Below, piece after piece: positions 61,367-64,000 of a stretch of DNA of 64,000 nucleotides (positions within the stretch are counted from its first letter, which is position 1; each line of letters begins with the position of its first letter). Position numbers and translations under genes: made by a program. The stretch is taken from assembly GCA_963769935.1 (NCBI GenBank), contig CAVYNY010000008.1:64001-128000 (forward strand), in the 5' to 3' direction. The notes beneath the pieces were generated by a model. The model was not told the DNA's origin. It was given only the letters and a program-made list of their open reading frames with translations, and did no database searches. The DNA comes from an uncultured delta proteobacterium. GTDB lineage: Bacteria; Desulfobacterota; Desulfobacteria; Desulfobacterales; JAFDCJ01.

Positions 61367-61449
61367 TTAATTCCCCCTGGTCTGCACACCGCGATCGCCC
61401 TCCCGGCTTTCGAGTCGGATTTTAACAATTCTTTGCAGTGAAATTATGC

Positions 61450-61599
61450 CTAGGCTTTGATTTCATACTTCTTGAGAAGATCCTCGATGGCTTCCTCAAT
61501 TAGATCATTTTGCCGCTTTTCCAGTTGCGCTGCCAGGATCTTGATTTGTCTGATTAAATCCGCGTCTATCGTGGTGTTATACATTTTTCTATTGTTCAT
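61450..61599 (-). CDS. Ribbon-helix-helix domain protein
   Basis: RKMYNTTIDADL...K.LA......NDLIEEAI.DLLKKY. Confidence 0.8.
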   Translation of the reverse strand: MNNRKMYNTTIDADLIRQIKILAAQLEKRQNDLIEEAIEDLLKKYEIKA

Positions 61600-61694
61600 G
61601 GCACCATCTATTGAAATAGGTTTGATAAATCGATTCAAAGGGGTGGATTTCTTAACGGCATACCTGACATCTGTTGAGGCCAGGTATGCTCATT

Positions 61695-62003
61695 TCATTT
61701 GGCGCACCTGTAGGCGGACGCGGCCGAACCGATTGGATAGTTGTACAACCATACAATGTGGGTAGCCTCCATATTATTGGCACGCTGCAGCACTTTTAAT
61801 TCTCCATCAAAATATTCCGCCAAATGATAATCAGTGACAAACTTGCCCGGATCAGAGGTTTCCGAAATTGTGTCTAAATATTGACATTCCCCAACCATTC
61901 CTGTTTCGGCAACGACCAGATTCGGAAATCTGTTTTTGGCACAGGCAAAAAAAATTATGATTATGACAGGAATCATCCATATGGCCGGATTTTTTTTCAG
62001 CAT
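61695..62003 (-). CDS. Putative lipoprotein
   Basis: Hydrophobic signal with lipobox FFAC; GAGG RBS; Cys pair. Confidence 0.7.
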   Translation of the reverse strand: MLKKNPAIWMIPVIIIIFFACAKNRFPNLVVAETGMVGECQYLDTISETSDPGKFVTDYHLAEYFDGELKVLQRANNMEATHIVWLYNYPIGSAASAYRCAK

Positions 62004-62225
62004 CGAAATATGGCCTCATTTTCATAACGGAACCAGTGGTTCGTGTGTTAATTTAACTTTTTCTATTTATTTTAATAAAAATAATCGATTATGTCAAAAA
62101 TTCGGCCGATAATTTATCAATCTTAAATTCAAATTCAATCGAATTTTATATGAATGGCACGGAGCAGAAAATAAAATCAGACCATCATCCGCTTTTGATT
62201 CGCTATATTCAATATTCCATTCTTC

Positions 62226-62405
62226 TCTCCGATCCGTAGGCTCTACGAGCCGGAGGCCAGCATTCGATTATTCCATGGGTTAACTTACGGCTACAACCAC
62301 CCCTCTCTCCGAGCTGTAGGCTCTGCGAGCCGGAAGCTGGGGTGAAGTCAGAGCCGGACCCTCCCTCCGGGCTGTTGGCCTACGGGCAGGAAGCTGGGCC
62401 AGGAT
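62226..62405. repeat. Three copies of a 31-32-bp GTAG hairpin module inserted in other repeats
   Basis: 62226-62257, 62306-62337 and 62364-62394; a fourth copy at 16796-16827. Confidence 0.8.
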
Positions 62406-62496
62406 TATTTGTTCAACTCAGGGAAGAAGTTCATTAAAAATAGGGGAAAATGGTATGATGGCAGAGCGGGGTTAACAGCAAAAACACCGAAAGCCG

Positions 62497-64000
62497 TTAA
62501 AATTGCTCAACAAAATCGCCGATAGCCTGATAGACTTTTTCAGCGCCTTCTCCCAGGAGAATTCCATGGCGATCAAAATTGAACAGAATATATTTTTTTT
62601 CCTGGCTGCCGATTCTTTCGAATATTTTTCTGGATCCTTTCGGATCAACCACCGGATCCCGGCGCGATTGGACAATTAAGGCCGGCATAAGCAAATCGGG
62701 TAATTTGGGTTCGAGATCATCCATCAGGCGTTCGATTTCCTTGACACCGGAGATAGGATTACGCAGATAATTAATATGCGGATTTTCCGGTTTGTTTTCG
62801 ATAAATTCTTTTTTGGGTCCGACTTTATATGTTCGGTCCATGATCCGATTCCACATATCAACGGCCGGCGCAAATTTTGAAGAAAAATCCTTGAGCGTCA
62901 GGGGGGCGGCCACAGCAAACACTCCGGCCACTGCGCCGACCCTCGCGGCCAGATCCAATGCCAGTCCGGCACCGGTTGAAAAGCCGCCCACCACAACTTT
63001 TCGGCAAAGGCTGCTGATGACGGCATATCCGCGGTCAATGGAGGCCATCCAATCCTCATAGGTCCGGATAGCGAGATCATCAGGCGATGTTCCATGGCCT
63101 CTTAAGCGGGGAACATACACCCAAAAGCCCATTTTCCCCAGATAGAGGGCCAGTTTCTTCACTTCAAGCGGCGCCGCCATATAGCCATGTGAGAGCAGGA
63201 CGCCGACATGTTTGGATCTTCCTTTGACCATAAACGGCATACCGACATCCATCGGTTTGGATTCCCCTTGGATGAAAAATTGGTGATAGTCGCTTTCGAA
63301 TTGTTTTACAGCCTCTTCCATGAGGTATTTGGCAACCTTGCGCCTGATCCGGAAGCCCGGCTGAATAGCAAGGCGGCGAACGGTTCGCTGAAACTGGGAG
63401 AGCGGTTCGGCCGTATTGGCAATCACATCGATGGGATTGTCAATGCGGGCACGATGAAACTCGTAGGGGGATGTAAACTTGGCATTGTCCTTTAAATATC
63501 CGTTATCCGTTTTTTTCAGGTTGCCCTTTTCCAATGCCAGCGAGATGAAATCATGCACCTTGCCGTTGCAGTCATCGGTCAGCAAATGAATCTGATCCTC
63601 TCTAAGGCCGGGATGCAGATGCATGGCCGGCAGCTGCTGAATAAGGCAGGCGGCCAAAAATACCCGGCGACGAAAATCCATCTCATCTATTTTCTTAGCA
63701 GGCATCAGTTTGAGCATCGATGCAAAAAGGTGCTCCAGGTTGACAGCCGTCATTCCGTAAATATCGGCCATATAGCGCTGCATCAGTCTAAGCGCTTCTT
63801 TATGCATCGTTTTTTTAGATGCAATCGGGTCATCGAAATTTATTCTGTTTTTAGACTCGATATCCCTTCTGATGGCCGGTTTTTGCAGATAATCATCAAT
63901 GAAAATGGGGTCACCAAAATGAATATCTATATCCACGCCTGAAATCAGCATCGAACCTTCGGTCATGAGTTCTTCGACTAATCGTTCAGGCAAATCGTCC
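62497..64000 (-). CDS. C-terminal part of a probable acyltransferase / alpha-beta hydrolase (carboxylesterase) fusion; 5' end outside the window
   Basis: HGYMAAP, GHGTS, GFSTG nucleophile, DPVV, HGI; the upstream region (IHFGDPI) resembles the end of a PlsC-type domain. Confidence 0.8.
   Translation of the reverse strand, partial: DDLPERLVEELMTEGSMLISGVDIDIHFGDPIFIDDYLQKPAIRRDIESKNRINFDDPIASKKTMHKEALRLMQRYMADIYGMTAVNLEHLFASMLKLMPAKKIDEMDFRRRVFLAACLIQQLPAMHLHPGLREDQIHLLTDDCNGKVHDFISLALEKGNLKKTDNGYLKDNAKFTSPYEFHRARIDNPIDVIANTAEPLSQFQRTVRRLAIQPGFRIRRKVAKYLMEEAVKQFESDYHQFFIQGESKPMDVGMPFMVKGRSKHVGVLLSHGYMAAPLEVKKLALYLGKMGFWVYVPRLRGHGTSPDDLAIRTYEDWMASIDRGYAVISSLCRKVVVGGFSTGAGLALDLAARVGAVAGVFAVAAPLTLKDFSSKFAPAVDMWNRIMDRTYKVGPKKEFIENKPENPHINYLRNPISGVKEIERLMDDLEPKLPDLLMPALIVQSRRDPVVDPKGSRKIFERIGSQEKKYILFNFDRHGILLGEGAEKVYQAIGDFVEQF

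Noticed and set aside
61450..61599. RHH protein as a toxin-antitoxin antitoxin
   Set aside because: No adjacent toxin-like ORF; neighbours are PilZ and a lipoprotein
62226..62405. Possible mini-CRISPR (three 32-bp repeats)
   Set aside because: Repeats are divergent, spacing is unequal (48 and 26 bp), the spacers belong to other repeats, and there are no cas genes

Overview
A 64-kb window from an anaerobic bacterium, most consistent with a Desulfobacterales/Desulfosarcina-type deltaproteobacterium (inferred from gene content, not proven). It is dominated by a fatty-acid/acyl-CoA degradation region: five acyl-CoA dehydrogenases, three AMP-forming acyl-CoA synthetases, an ADP-forming acyl-CoA synthetase, three 3-hydroxyacyl-CoA dehydrogenases, two thiolases, hydratases, AbfD, a carboxyltransferase, a Liv-type ABC transporter, a Tat-less DmsAB-like molybdoenzyme and LutBC. 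The right end carries pgk, an amidohydrolase, an orphan DNA methyltransferase, an M48 protease, PilZ, RHH and an acyltransferase-hydrolase fusion. Several genes have single-base frameshifts that look like long-read errors; three others are real deletion remnants. Main findings: (1) a selenoprotein missed by the ORF track (DsbA/FrnE family, UxxC, with a SECIS-like hairpin 11 nt after UGA), preceded by a candidate sRNA/leader; (2) two DUF559 endonuclease genes, each bracketed by its own palindromic repeat family; (3) intergenic DNA built from nested micro-elements: inverted arms of 7/8/9-bp periodic repeats, a GGTTTCAGGTGTCAG family, REP doublets, an ERIC-like MITE, and a 31-32-bp GTAG hairpin module with both empty and filled target sites in this window. 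No rRNA, tRNA, CRISPR array or intact transposase was seen.
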